Shown here in pieces: positions 39,273 through 47,776 of a DNA stretch of 64,000 bases. The position numbers and the translations under genes are program-made. The notes under the pieces were generated by a model. The model saw only the letters and a program-made list of their open reading frames with translations. It made no database searches and was not told where the DNA came from. This DNA comes from Bacteroidota bacterium (GTDB lineage Bacteria > Bacteroidota > Bacteroidia > NS11-12g > UBA955), in contig JAURGZ010000004.1 of the NCBI GenBank assembly GCA_030833525.1, forward strand, positions 8,019 through 72,018, in the 5' to 3' direction. How positions within the stretch are numbered: the first letter of the stretch is position 1; every line of letters begins with the position of its first letter.

Positions 39273-39302
39273 ATGCCGCAATTTTGCCCTTAAAATTGAG
39301 CA

Positions 39303-40115
39303 ATGCAAACACGGGAAGAAATTGTCGAAAATGCCTGGAACGATCGCAGCCTTTTGGCAGAGGCCAATACATTGAATACCATTGAATCCATCGTCGAAGA
39401 CTTGGACAAAGGCCATTTGCGAGTAGCCGAGCCCCAAGGAGCTGACTGGAAGGTGAATGACTGGGTCAAGAAGGCCGTGATTTTGTATTTCCCCACTCGA
39501 AGCATGGAAACCACTCACGCGGGCCCTCTCGAGTTTCACGACAAAATGCCCTTGAAATCGGGTTACGCCGAATTGGGAATCAGAGTGGTACCGCATGCGG
39601 TAGCTCGCCACGGATCATATTTGGCTCCCGGCGTGGTGCTGATGCCAAGCTATGTGAATATTGGCGCCTATGTAGATTCAGGAACCATGGTTGATACATG
39701 GGCCACTGTGGGTAGCTGCGCTCAAATTGGAAAGAACGTTCACCTCAGCGGCGGTGTGGGAATTGGCGGTGTATTGGAGCCCGTACAAGCGGCCCCAGTC
39801 ATCATCGAAGATGGCGCTTTTGTGGGAAGTCGCTGCATTGTGGTAGAAGGGGTTCGAGTAGGCAAAGAAGCCGTTTTGGGAGCAGGTCTCACCTTGACCA
39901 TGAGCACCAAAGTCATCGATACCCGCACGGGAGAAGAATTGCCCAAAGGCTTTATTCCTCCTCGCAGCGTAGTAATTCCCGGCAATACGGCCAAAACGTT
40001 TGAAGGTGGGACTTTCTATGTGCCTGCCGCCCTGATCATTGGAGAGCGAAAAGCCAGCACCGATCAGAAGACTTCTTTGAATGACGCCCTTCGGGATTTT
40101 AACGTAGCTGTATAA
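39303..40115 (+). CDS. dapD: 2,3,4,5-tetrahydropyridine-2,6-dicarboxylate N-succinyltransferase
   Basis: LRVAEP, WVKKAVILYF, RVVP, MPSYVNIGAYVD.GTMVDTWATVGSCAQIG, GGVLEP. Confidence 0.96.
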   Translation: MQTREEIVENAWNDRSLLAEANTLNTIESIVEDLDKGHLRVAEPQGADWKVNDWVKKAVILYFPTRSMETTHAGPLEFHDKMPLKSGYAELGIRVVPHAVARHGSYLAPGVVLMPSYVNIGAYVDSGTMVDTWATVGSCAQIGKNVHLSGGVGIGGVLEPVQAAPVIIEDGAFVGSRCIVVEGVRVGKEAVLGAGLTLTMSTKVIDTRTGEELPKGFIPPRSVVIPGNTAKTFEGGTFYVPAALIIGERKASTDQKTSLNDALRDFNVAV

Positions 40116-41182
40116 TGCGCATTGGGTTCGACGCCAAAAGGCTTTTCTTCAATTCTTCGGGACTGGGCAATTACGCTCGGTTTCATGCGGGAATCATGAG
40201 AGATATGCCAGGCTTCGAATCAATTTGGCTCAGTCCCCAATCAGCCAGCCGAGATGGTTTGCAGGCTCACTGCCCAAAAAGGAGTTATCCCGGATTTCGA
40301 AGTTGGGGCATGGGAAAGTGGGCAACCCATCAAGGCATTGAAATCTATCACGGCCTGAGCAATGAACTCCCATTTGACTGGCCGAGTAAGCAAGCCTCTG
40401 TGGTAAGCGTTCACGATACCATTTTCTTGGATTACCCAGACTATTATTCGCGTTGGGACCGCATGATTTACCGAATAAAACTGCAATCGGCTCTGCAAAA
40501 AGCACATGCAGTGGTGGCAACCAGCGAATTCACTAAGTCCCGGCTCGAATCATACTTCCCTACGTTGGACAACGTGCAGGTGATTTACCAGGGCCTGCAT
40601 CCCGAGTTTACGCAATTTCAAGACCATAAGCCTTTGACCACGGAAAGGCCTTATTTCATTTACCATTCGACCTTCAATGCCCGCAAAAATCACCGAACCT
40701 TGTTGGAGGCCTTTTCTTTGATACACAAGCAGTGCGATTGGGATTTGGTCTTGATAGGTAGGCCCGGTTCTGAATGGAAAGCGCTGAACCACTGGGTTTC
40801 CAACCAAGGGTTTGGGAATAGGGTTGCCATGCTTTGCGATTTGCCTCAATCTGAACTGATGGGGTATTTACGGTCGGCTTCGGCATTCGTTTACCCCAGT
40901 TTTTCAGAAGGTTTTGGCATTCCCTTGATCGAAGCGCAGGCCATGGGATTGCCCATGGCTGTGAGCAGGATTCCCGTTTTTGAAGAGCTTTTGGCCGGAG
41001 GCGCTCTGTATTTTCATCCCAATAACAGCGAGGAAATGGCTTCTGCTATGCTCGAATTGCAGCGTTCAGAAACGCGCATTCGCCTGCTGAGTGAATCCCA
41101 GCAGCAAAGCCAGCGATGGGAACGCCATCGAATACGGGATCAATGGGCGACTTTATACAATCAACTCACAAGGAGCCTCTGA
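40115..41182 (+). CDS. Glycosyltransferase family 4 protein
   Basis: IGFDAKR.F.N.SGLGNY, HD.IF, RKN, YPS.SEGFGIP.IEA. Confidence 0.9.
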   Translation: MRIGFDAKRLFFNSSGLGNYARFHAGIMRDMPGFESIWLSPQSASRDGLQAHCPKRSYPGFRSWGMGKWATHQGIEIYHGLSNELPFDWPSKQASVVSVHDTIFLDYPDYYSRWDRMIYRIKLQSALQKAHAVVATSEFTKSRLESYFPTLDNVQVIYQGLHPEFTQFQDHKPLTTERPYFIYHSTFNARKNHRTLLEAFSLIHKQCDWDLVLIGRPGSEWKALNHWVSNQGFGNRVAMLCDLPQSELMGYLRSASAFVYPSFSEGFGIPLIEAQAMGLPMAVSRIPVFEELLAGGALYFHPNNSEEMASAMLELQRSETRIRLLSESQQQSQRWERHRIRDQWATLYNQLTRSL

Positions 41183-41723
41183 AAATCTTAACGGCGATGG
41201 CCAGGAGAATGACACCGAAGAATTTACGCATGGTCAACATGCCGGCTTGCCCAATTTTTTTCTCAAGCCAATCGGTACCCCGTAAGACGATATAAATCAG
41301 GACCAAATTGGGAATGATGCCCATGAGTATTGTGGCCTCAGAATAAACGGTTTTAAGCGATAAAATCGTTGTCAACGTACCTGAACCGGCGATGATGGGG
41401 AATGCCACAGGAACAATGCTGCCACTTGGAGCATTGGGGTCGGTGCGAAAAATATCGATGCCCAGTACCATTTCCAAACCCAGTAAAAACATGACAACGC
41501 TTCCTGCCAAAGCGAAGGAAGATTGGTCGATGCCCAGCAAGCGCAAAAACGATTCTCCAGCCAAGAGAAAACCGATCATCAGGGCGGCAGAAGCCAAGGT
41601 TACCTTCAAGGGATGAATGTGTCCAATTTTGGTCTTCAATGAAACCAAGATGGGAATGGAACCCAACATGTCAATGACCGCAAAAAGGGTAAAGAAGACA
41701 GTTAATGATTCGTTCCAATTCAT
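41166..41723 (-). CDS. MarC family membrane protein
   Basis: LFAVID.LG.IP, IVPVAFPIIAG.G, RKFFGVILLAIAV. Confidence 0.9.
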   Translation of the reverse strand: MNWNESLTVFFTLFAVIDMLGSIPILVSLKTKIGHIHPLKVTLASAALMIGFLLAGESFLRLLGIDQSSFALAGSVVMFLLGLEMVLGIDIFRTDPNAPSGSIVPVAFPIIAGSGTLTTILSLKTVYSEATILMGIIPNLVLIYIVLRGTDWLEKKIGQAGMLTMRKFFGVILLAIAVKIFRGSL

Positions 41724-41732
41724 AGCACCAAG

Positions 41733-42545
41733 TTAATGAAAAGGACTGTCGGGTTCTTTGGATATGACACGATAGGCCACCCAATCAGCCAATCGGCTGC
41801 TCAAGGCATTGATCAGCAAGGCCATTTTCCCTTGAAAAGTCAACACCAAATGGGTTCTGCGTCGTTCAACGGCACGAACGATGTGTTGGGCCACTTCTTC
41901 AGAGCTCATGAGTTTCTTTTCATTCAAGGGAGACTCTTTTTGGGTGTCGCCCTGTGCATTCAAAGCGGTTTTGCGTATGTTGCTTGCCGTATAGCCCGGA
42001 CATGCAATCAAGACATGCAGGCCGGTATGGCGGTTTTCAATGCGCAAACTTTCCAGAAAACCGTGCATGGCGAACTTAGAGGCACTGTAACCGGTACGAG
42101 CAGGCAATCCTTTGAAACCGGCCACTGAAGAAACACCGATGACACTGCCTTTGCTCGCGAGCAAATGGGGCAGGGCATACTTGGTGCAGTACACGGCTCC
42201 CCAAAAATTGATGCGCATGACGCGTTCCAAAACTTCAACATCGACATCTGTGAACAGCGCTCGCATGCTAATGCCCGCATTGTTGTATAAGGCATCGATG
42301 CGCCCAAAGGCAGACACGGCAGAATCGATTAGTTTTTGGCAATCTTCGGGGAAGCTTACATCGCCAATAACCGATACAACCTTAACACCATGAGATTCAC
42401 AATGCGCTACAGTATCAGATAAGGCTGTAGCATTTCGAGCCATCAAGGCCAAATGGTGCCCTTTTTGAGCCAACTCAATGGCCAGAGATTGACCAATTCC
42501 ACTGGAGGCACCTGTCACTATGCTGCAGGGAGTTATTCTTTCCAT
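41733..42545 (-). CDS. SDR family oxidoreductase
   Basis: TGASSGIG, NNAG, YSASK. Confidence 0.92.
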   Translation of the reverse strand: MERITPCSIVTGASSGIGQSLAIELAQKGHHLALMARNATALSDTVAHCESHGVKVVSVIGDVSFPEDCQKLIDSAVSAFGRIDALYNNAGISMRALFTDVDVEVLERVMRINFWGAVYCTKYALPHLLASKGSVIGVSSVAGFKGLPARTGYSASKFAMHGFLESLRIENRHTGLHVLIACPGYTASNIRKTALNAQGDTQKESPLNEKKLMSSEEVAQHIVRAVERRRTHLVLTFQGKMALLINALSSRLADWVAYRVISKEPDSPFH

Positions 42546-43060
42546 TTGATGCTGCAGCCAACGGCTGGAATTTCGGGGTAATCGATTTCCAATCCATCCA
42601 ATGTGTATTCAATGGCATCTTCCAAATGCACACTCATCACTCCTGATTCATTCTCCCAATTGTCATCGATAGCCCCTTTGTAAACCAATTCACGTCTGGA
42701 ATTGAAAACGAATACCTCGGGGGTTTTCTGGGCACCTAACGATTTGAGAACCGCCTGATTTTCGTCGTACAAGTAAGGGAAAGGAAGGCGGTATTGCTGC
42801 GCCAATCGCTGCATTTCAGAAAAGGAGTCGGCCGGTTTTTGCACCACGTCATTCCCATTGATGGCCACCATCGCCAAGTTGTCTTCTTCAAATTTCTTGA
42901 ATAAGCGCACCAAGCGGGGCCAATAAGCCAATGCATAGGGGCAATGGTTGCAGGTCACTACCAAAACCATGGCGTACTTATCTGCGAAATCAAAGGAATT
43001 AACCATTTGATTTTCTGTGCTTTTCAAGCAAAATGGCTTGAGAGAATCCCCGATGTTCAT
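42533..43060 (-). CDS. Thioredoxin-fold (AhpC/TSA-like) protein with CxxC
   Basis: TCNHCPY, FPYLYDE, A..TPE.F, Y.GAIDD, GCSIKWK. Confidence 0.88.
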   Translation of the reverse strand: MNIGDSLKPFCLKSTENQMVNSFDFADKYAMVLVVTCNHCPYALAYWPRLVRLFKKFEEDNLAMVAINGNDVVQKPADSFSEMQRLAQQYRLPFPYLYDENQAVLKSLGAQKTPEVFVFNSRRELVYKGAIDDNWENESGVMSVHLEDAIEYTLDGLEIDYPEIPAVGCSIKWKE

Positions 43061-43156
43061 TGAGTATGCAATTTACAATGGAAAAAGCAGGAAAACCATT
43101 GCCCAAAATTGCCAATTTTCATGGTTTGGGCCAATCCTTTTGTTTATTTTGCAACC

Positions 43157-44920
43157 ATGTCTGACTTCGTAGTTTCGGCCCGCAAATACAGACCATTGGC
43201 CTTTGATCAAGTGGTTGGCCAGCGCCATGTTGCGGACACGTTGATGCACGAAATCAACAGCGGCAAATTGGCCCAAGCTTTTTTATTTACCGGTCCCCGT
43301 GGAGTGGGAAAAACTACCTGCGCCCGCATTTTGGCCAAAGTCATCAACCAAAAAGAAACGGCAGACGGCAAAGAGAGTGATTTTGCCTTCAATATTTTTG
43401 AACTGGATGCAGCTTCTAACAATAGCGTGGATGACATTCGGCATTTGATTGACCAGGTTCGCATTCCACCTCAAGTAGGTAAATACAAGGTATACATCAT
43501 TGATGAGGTGCACATGCTCTCGGCTCAGGCTTTCAATGCCTTTTTGAAAACCTTGGAAGAACCTCCTTCTTATGCCATTTTCATTCTAGCTACTACCGAG
43601 AAGCATAAGATTCTGCCCACCATTTTGTCGCGTTGCCAAGTATTCAATTTCAATCGCATTGCAACCGAAGACATGGTTCAACACCTCAAAGGCATTGCCG
43701 AAAAAGAAGGGGTGCAAGCCGATGCTGATGCCCTTCATTTGATTGCCGTCAAAGCCGACGGGGGGCTGCGCGATGCACTGAGTATGTTTGACCAATTGGT
43801 AAGCTTTGGAGAGGGCAAATTGGAGTACAGCCAAGCCATTGAGATTCTCAGTGTACTGGATCCCGATTACTTTTTCAACCTCACCGATACATTGCACCAG
43901 GCCAAGGCTTCTGAAGCACTCATGCAATTCGATTCCATATTGAAGAAGGGATTTGACGGTTCGGTCTTTGTCTCTTCATGGGCCCATCACCTGCGCAATT
44001 TGGTCATGTGTCAAGATGCAAAGACAGCTTCTTTGCTCGATGTAGGAGAAGGATTTCGCGAGAAATATTTGGAGCAATCGCATCGCCTGGGATTTGGATA
44101 TTTACTCAACAGCCTAAACTTGGTATCTGAGTGCGATGAGAAATACAAGACCAGTCGCAATCCCCGATTGCTGTTGGAATTGTGTTTGCTCAAAATGGCG
44201 CAATTGCCCTTGTTGCTGAATGCCTTGCCGAGCTTTGACGAACTAAAAAAAAAAGGCCTTAACTTAGGTTCTGTTCGTCCCATTTCTGATCGCAAACCTC
44301 GAGCAGAAGCCCAAATCATACTGGAGTCTCCCCGAAATCAAGCCCGCGAAGATGCGGCTCAGGTTTCGCAATCGCCTGTGCCCACACCTGAGGCGTCAGG
44401 TCCCCCTGCCGTCAGCAACCCCGCTTTGAGCAAGGCAAGAACGGCCGCCTTACCTTTGTCTAAGGGCTTTGAAGCTTTCAAGGCTCAAAAGCGTCCCGCT
44501 GTAGCTCCAACCCCCTCTGAGCCTGAAGTGCAGCTACAGGAGCCTAGCCCTTCACCCGAAGGATCTGGCACCCTTCAAGAAGATGCAGTCAAACAAGCAT
44601 GGAACCGCTGGTGTGAACAACAATCGCCCCGCATCAAAGCTTCTTTGCTCGCGGCTGATTTGAAACTAGAAGGAAGTACCATAAACGCCTGCTTTACGGC
44701 TTCCCATGTCAAAGAAATTCTCGAAGAAGTTCGCGTTGAACTCTTGGCCTATTTGCATCATACGCTTTCTACCCAAGGCCTGAGTGTGGAATTCCAAAAG
44801 TTGGAAACTGAAACCGAGACTCGAAAACCATATACAGATAAAGAAAAGTTGGATTTCTTGATGGAAAAGCATCCCAAACTCAAGGAGGCCGTAGACTTGT
44901 TGAATCTGCGTATTCCCTAG
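43157..44920 (+). CDS. dnaX: DNA polymerase III subunits gamma/tau
   Basis: SARKYRP, GPRGVGKTT, ELDAASN, IIDEVHML, SRCQ, then a Pro/Ala-rich linker and tau C-terminal domain. A10 tract at 44245-44254. Confidence 0.96.
   Translation: MSDFVVSARKYRPLAFDQVVGQRHVADTLMHEINSGKLAQAFLFTGPRGVGKTTCARILAKVINQKETADGKESDFAFNIFELDAASNNSVDDIRHLIDQVRIPPQVGKYKVYIIDEVHMLSAQAFNAFLKTLEEPPSYAIFILATTEKHKILPTILSRCQVFNFNRIATEDMVQHLKGIAEKEGVQADADALHLIAVKADGGLRDALSMFDQLVSFGEGKLEYSQAIEILSVLDPDYFFNLTDTLHQAKASEALMQFDSILKKGFDGSVFVSSWAHHLRNLVMCQDAKTASLLDVGEGFREKYLEQSHRLGFGYLLNSLNLVSECDEKYKTSRNPRLLLELCLLKMAQLPLLLNALPSFDELKKKGLNLGSVRPISDRKPRAEAQIILESPRNQAREDAAQVSQSPVPTPEASGPPAVSNPALSKARTAALPLSKGFEAFKAQKRPAVAPTPSEPEVQLQEPSPSPEGSGTLQEDAVKQAWNRWCEQQSPRIKASLLAADLKLEGSTINACFTASHVKEILEEVRVELLAYLHHTLSTQGLSVEFQKLETETETRKPYTDKEKLDFLMEKHPKLKEAVDLLNLRIP
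44245..44267 (+). other. Candidate recoding site in dnaX (A10 slippery tract with stops in both shifted frames)
   Basis: CTA AAA AAA AAA GGC. The -1 frame stops at TAA 44260-44262 and the +1 frame at TAG 44265-44267. Confidence 0.7.
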
Positions 44921-44951
44921 GTTTTGGCTTTGTTGTGCAGATTGCTGCTCG

Positions 44952-44959
44952 TATTTTTG
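44952..44959 (+). promoter_or_regulatory. -7 promoter element (TATTTTTG) for the proline dehydrogenase-ccm operon
   Basis: Exact TAnnTTTG match 7 nt upstream of ATG 44967, with a TTTG -33-like element about 20 nt upstream. Confidence 0.7.
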
Positions 44960-44966
44960 TATCTCC

Positions 44967-46136
44967 ATGTCTGAGGCACGCTCCCTTCCCTCGTTTGACA
45001 ATACCGCAGTGGCCTTTGCTCATAAGAGCAATTGGCAATTGCGAAAAGCAAAATGGCTATTTCGCTCATTTGGATTTACTTGGCTTCTCAAGCATGGGAA
45101 TACCCTCTCCAAATGGGCTCTTCTTTTGGGTTTTAAGGGCCTGATTCGCAATACCATTTTCGAACAATTTTGCGGAGGTGAATCAGCCGAAAGCAGCGAA
45201 AAGGCAATTGAAAACCTTCATCAATTGGGTGTAGGAACCATTTTGGATTATTCGGTCGAGGGAGAAGAAACCGAAGATGTTTTTGAAACAACTGCCCGTG
45301 AAATTGCCGTGAGCATTCGCAAAGCAGGCTCAGACCCACGCATTCCTTTTGCCGTATTCAAAGCCACAGGCATCATGCCTTTTGATTTGCTCGTAGCTCA
45401 GAGCAGCGGGCAAGCTTTGACCAAAGAACAGCAAGCCATTTGGGACAGGGCAGAAACACGATTCATGGGTCTTTGTGCGCTGGCCGAAGAGTGCCAAGTT
45501 CGCTTGTTCATCGATGCAGAAGAATCGTGGATACAACCTGCCATTGATGCCTTGGCCGAAACAGCCATGCTCAAACACAACCACAGCCGCTGCTTGATTT
45601 ACAATACCATTCAGTTGTATCGCCACGATCGTTTGGCTTATCTAAAAGAACAGATTCAAAAAGGTCAGCACCTGTTGGGATTCAAATTGGTTCGAGGTGC
45701 CTACATGGAAAAGGAGCGAGAACGCGCTCAAAAATACGGGTACCCGAGTCCCATACAAGTGAATAAAGAGAGCACCGATCGCGATTACGACCTGGCTGTT
45801 ATGCACTGCTTGGAACACCGTAATCGCGTATCCATTTGCATTGGAACTCACAATGAGAAAAGCAGTTTGCTTGCTGCCCAATACTTGGTCGATCACGCCG
45901 TAGACGCCTCAGACTCCGTGTATTTTTCTCAACTCTTGGGCATGAGCGATCACATCAGTTTCAACTTGTCATCCAAAGGGTTTCGAGTGGCCAAATATGT
46001 CCCCTATGGACCCATTGCTTCGGTCATGCCTTATTTGTTGCGCCGAGCACAAGAAAACAGCTCAGCCAAGGGCCAGGCTGGCAGAGAATTGGTTTTAATT
46101 GAAACCGAAATAGTACGCAGAAAAAAATCAGCATGA
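44967..46136 (+). CDS. Monofunctional proline dehydrogenase
   Basis: QFCGGE, LDYSVEG, IDAEESW, KLVRGAYM, GTHN, QLLGM, YVPYG...YLLRR..EN. Confidence 0.92.
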   Translation: MSEARSLPSFDNTAVAFAHKSNWQLRKAKWLFRSFGFTWLLKHGNTLSKWALLLGFKGLIRNTIFEQFCGGESAESSEKAIENLHQLGVGTILDYSVEGEETEDVFETTAREIAVSIRKAGSDPRIPFAVFKATGIMPFDLLVAQSSGQALTKEQQAIWDRAETRFMGLCALAEECQVRLFIDAEESWIQPAIDALAETAMLKHNHSRCLIYNTIQLYRHDRLAYLKEQIQKGQHLLGFKLVRGAYMEKERERAQKYGYPSPIQVNKESTDRDYDLAVMHCLEHRNRVSICIGTHNEKSSLLAAQYLVDHAVDASDSVYFSQLLGMSDHISFNLSSKGFRVAKYVPYGPIASVMPYLLRRAQENSSAKGQAGRELVLIETEIVRRKKSA

Positions 46137-47194
46137 ACAGTTGGATAAAATCAAGTTGGAAACCGCTGGGATTGTTGTTGGTCATGGGCACCGTAGTAGC
46201 CGGTTTGTTCGTTCCGCTGAAACCCGGCATTTTGGATGTGAACCCTCAGAAATTAGAAGGACCTACGCCTGAACTCAACTGTTTCGTTTACAATGTCCCG
46301 GAGAATTGGAAAGCGACCGAAGTGGTACTGCAATCAGGCCCTCATCAATGGAGAAGCAACCGCTTGAGTAGCCTTCAAAAAGGCCAAATATCGGCTAGTT
46401 TTCATCCCAATAACAGTCAACCCGAATCGGCCTTCAACCGGCTTTATTCTGTTTTTGTGCACCTGGAAAACGACAGCCAGGGCACTTGGATGGGATTGCC
46501 AGATGCCGTTTGGTTGGACCTGAGTACTCGCAGTTCCGATAGTGTGTCCACAACGGTTGCTCAGTCTGCCAAAGAAGAAGGGGATCGTTTCTCAGGATTG
46601 CCCCATCGCCCCATATTGAACGAGAGCATTCGCAACCAATTCTTTCATGTGCCCATGTGGTTTGCCATGATGTTTTTGCTGCTGTTTTCAGCTGTCTATG
46701 CAGTGCTGTACTTGATCAAAGGGCAGATGGACGATGATACACGAGCCGATGCCTTCATACGAGCCGCCTTAGTAGCCGGTGTAATTGGGTGTGTGACGGG
46801 AGCCGTGTGGGCTAGGGCCACCTGGGGCGATTGGTGGCCAAGGGATCCCAAATTGAATGGTGTGGCCTTGGGCATGTTGATGTATTTCGCTTATTTGTTG
46901 CTGCGCTCTACTTTGAAAGATCCCTTGCAGCGCGCCCGTCTTTCCAGCGTTTATGGCATTTTCGTCTTCCCGCTGTTCATTGCCTTGATTTGGATCATGC
47001 CCAAACTCTCGAGCAACACGCTGCATCCCGGCAGCGGGGGCACGGTAGGTTTCAAGAAATACGACTTGGATGACACCTTGAAAATGATTTTTTATCCAGC
47101 GGTAATCGGTTGGATATTGGTATACACCTGGATAGCCCAATTGGTCTATCGAACAAAAAAACTCGAACAATCCCAAGAGCAAGACCATGCTTAA
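46133..47194 (+). CDS. ccmC: Heme exporter/cytochrome c biogenesis protein CcmC with periplasmic insertion
   Basis: IRN.FFHVP.W, WWD motif GAVWARATWGDWWPRDPK, LHP. Confidence 0.85.
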   Translation: MNSWIKSSWKPLGLLLVMGTVVAGLFVPLKPGILDVNPQKLEGPTPELNCFVYNVPENWKATEVVLQSGPHQWRSNRLSSLQKGQISASFHPNNSQPESAFNRLYSVFVHLENDSQGTWMGLPDAVWLDLSTRSSDSVSTTVAQSAKEEGDRFSGLPHRPILNESIRNQFFHVPMWFAMMFLLLFSAVYAVLYLIKGQMDDDTRADAFIRAALVAGVIGCVTGAVWARATWGDWWPRDPKLNGVALGMLMYFAYLLLRSTLKDPLQRARLSSVYGIFVFPLFIALIWIMPKLSSNTLHPGSGGTVGFKKYDLDDTLKMIFYPAVIGWILVYTWIAQLVYRTKKLEQSQEQDHA

Positions 47195-47366
47195 TCTACT
47201 CTCATCATTCAACGAGGCCGCTGTAGGCTTCTTGGTTAGCGAAGCCAAATTCAACGCCACGGCCACTGTTTTGGTCATCATCATGCTGGGCCTAGGTCTG
47301 TATTTGTTTCGACTGGATCGAAAGTTGAGCCGCATGGAAAAAAACCAGGAGGGCCGAGACACATGA
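47187..47366 (+). CDS. ccmD: CcmD-like small membrane protein (59 aa, below ORF-track cutoff)
   Basis: MLNLLSSFNEAAVGFLVSEAKFNATATVLVIIMLGLGLYLFRLDRKLSRMEKNQEGRDT: one TM segment plus a charged tail. Overlaps the ccmC stop and the ccmE start. Confidence 0.75.
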   Translation: MLNLLSSFNEAAVGFLVSEAKFNATATVLVIIMLGLGLYLFRLDRKLSRMEKNQEGRDT

Positions 47367-47773
47367 AACCCTTGCACATTGCATTGATCATCATAGCCGC
47401 CATTGGGTTGGCTACCGTGATAAGCTTGTACGGCAATACGGCACAATACGTATCGTTTTCTGAAGCCGAAGCCTTATCGCAAGAGCATCCATTCAAGGAG
47501 TACCATGTGGTTTGCAAACTCAACAAGTCCAAACCCCTGGAATACGATGCTCAAGAAGATGCCAATCGCTTGGTTTTTTTCGCCGTCGATAGCTTGGGTA
47601 ACGAAAGCCAAGTGATTTTCAACAAGCCCAAACCCCAAGACATGGAACGAAGCGAAAAACTGGTTTTGATTGGCCGCCACAAATCAGGTGTATTCTATGC
47701 CAGCAACATCTTGTCCAAATGCCCTTCGAAATACGAAGATGCGCCCGTTCAAGTAGGAACCGCTAAGAATTAA
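47363..47773 (+). CDS. ccmE: Heme chaperone CcmE, CxxxY variant
   Basis: N-terminal anchor, Y.SF.EA, KPQD.ERSE..V.IG, F.A..IL.KCPSKY. Confidence 0.88.
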   Translation: MKPLHIALIIIAAIGLATVISLYGNTAQYVSFSEAEALSQEHPFKEYHVVCKLNKSKPLEYDAQEDANRLVFFAVDSLGNESQVIFNKPKPQDMERSEKLVLIGRHKSGVFYASNILSKCPSKYEDAPVQVGTAKN

Positions 47774-47776
47774 ACC

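Noticed and set aside
5980..41182. Polysaccharide biosynthesis cluster (DegT, GT2, LTA-synthase-like, GT4)
   Set aside because: The genes are scattered over 35 kb among unrelated housekeeping genes, with no flippase or polymerase.
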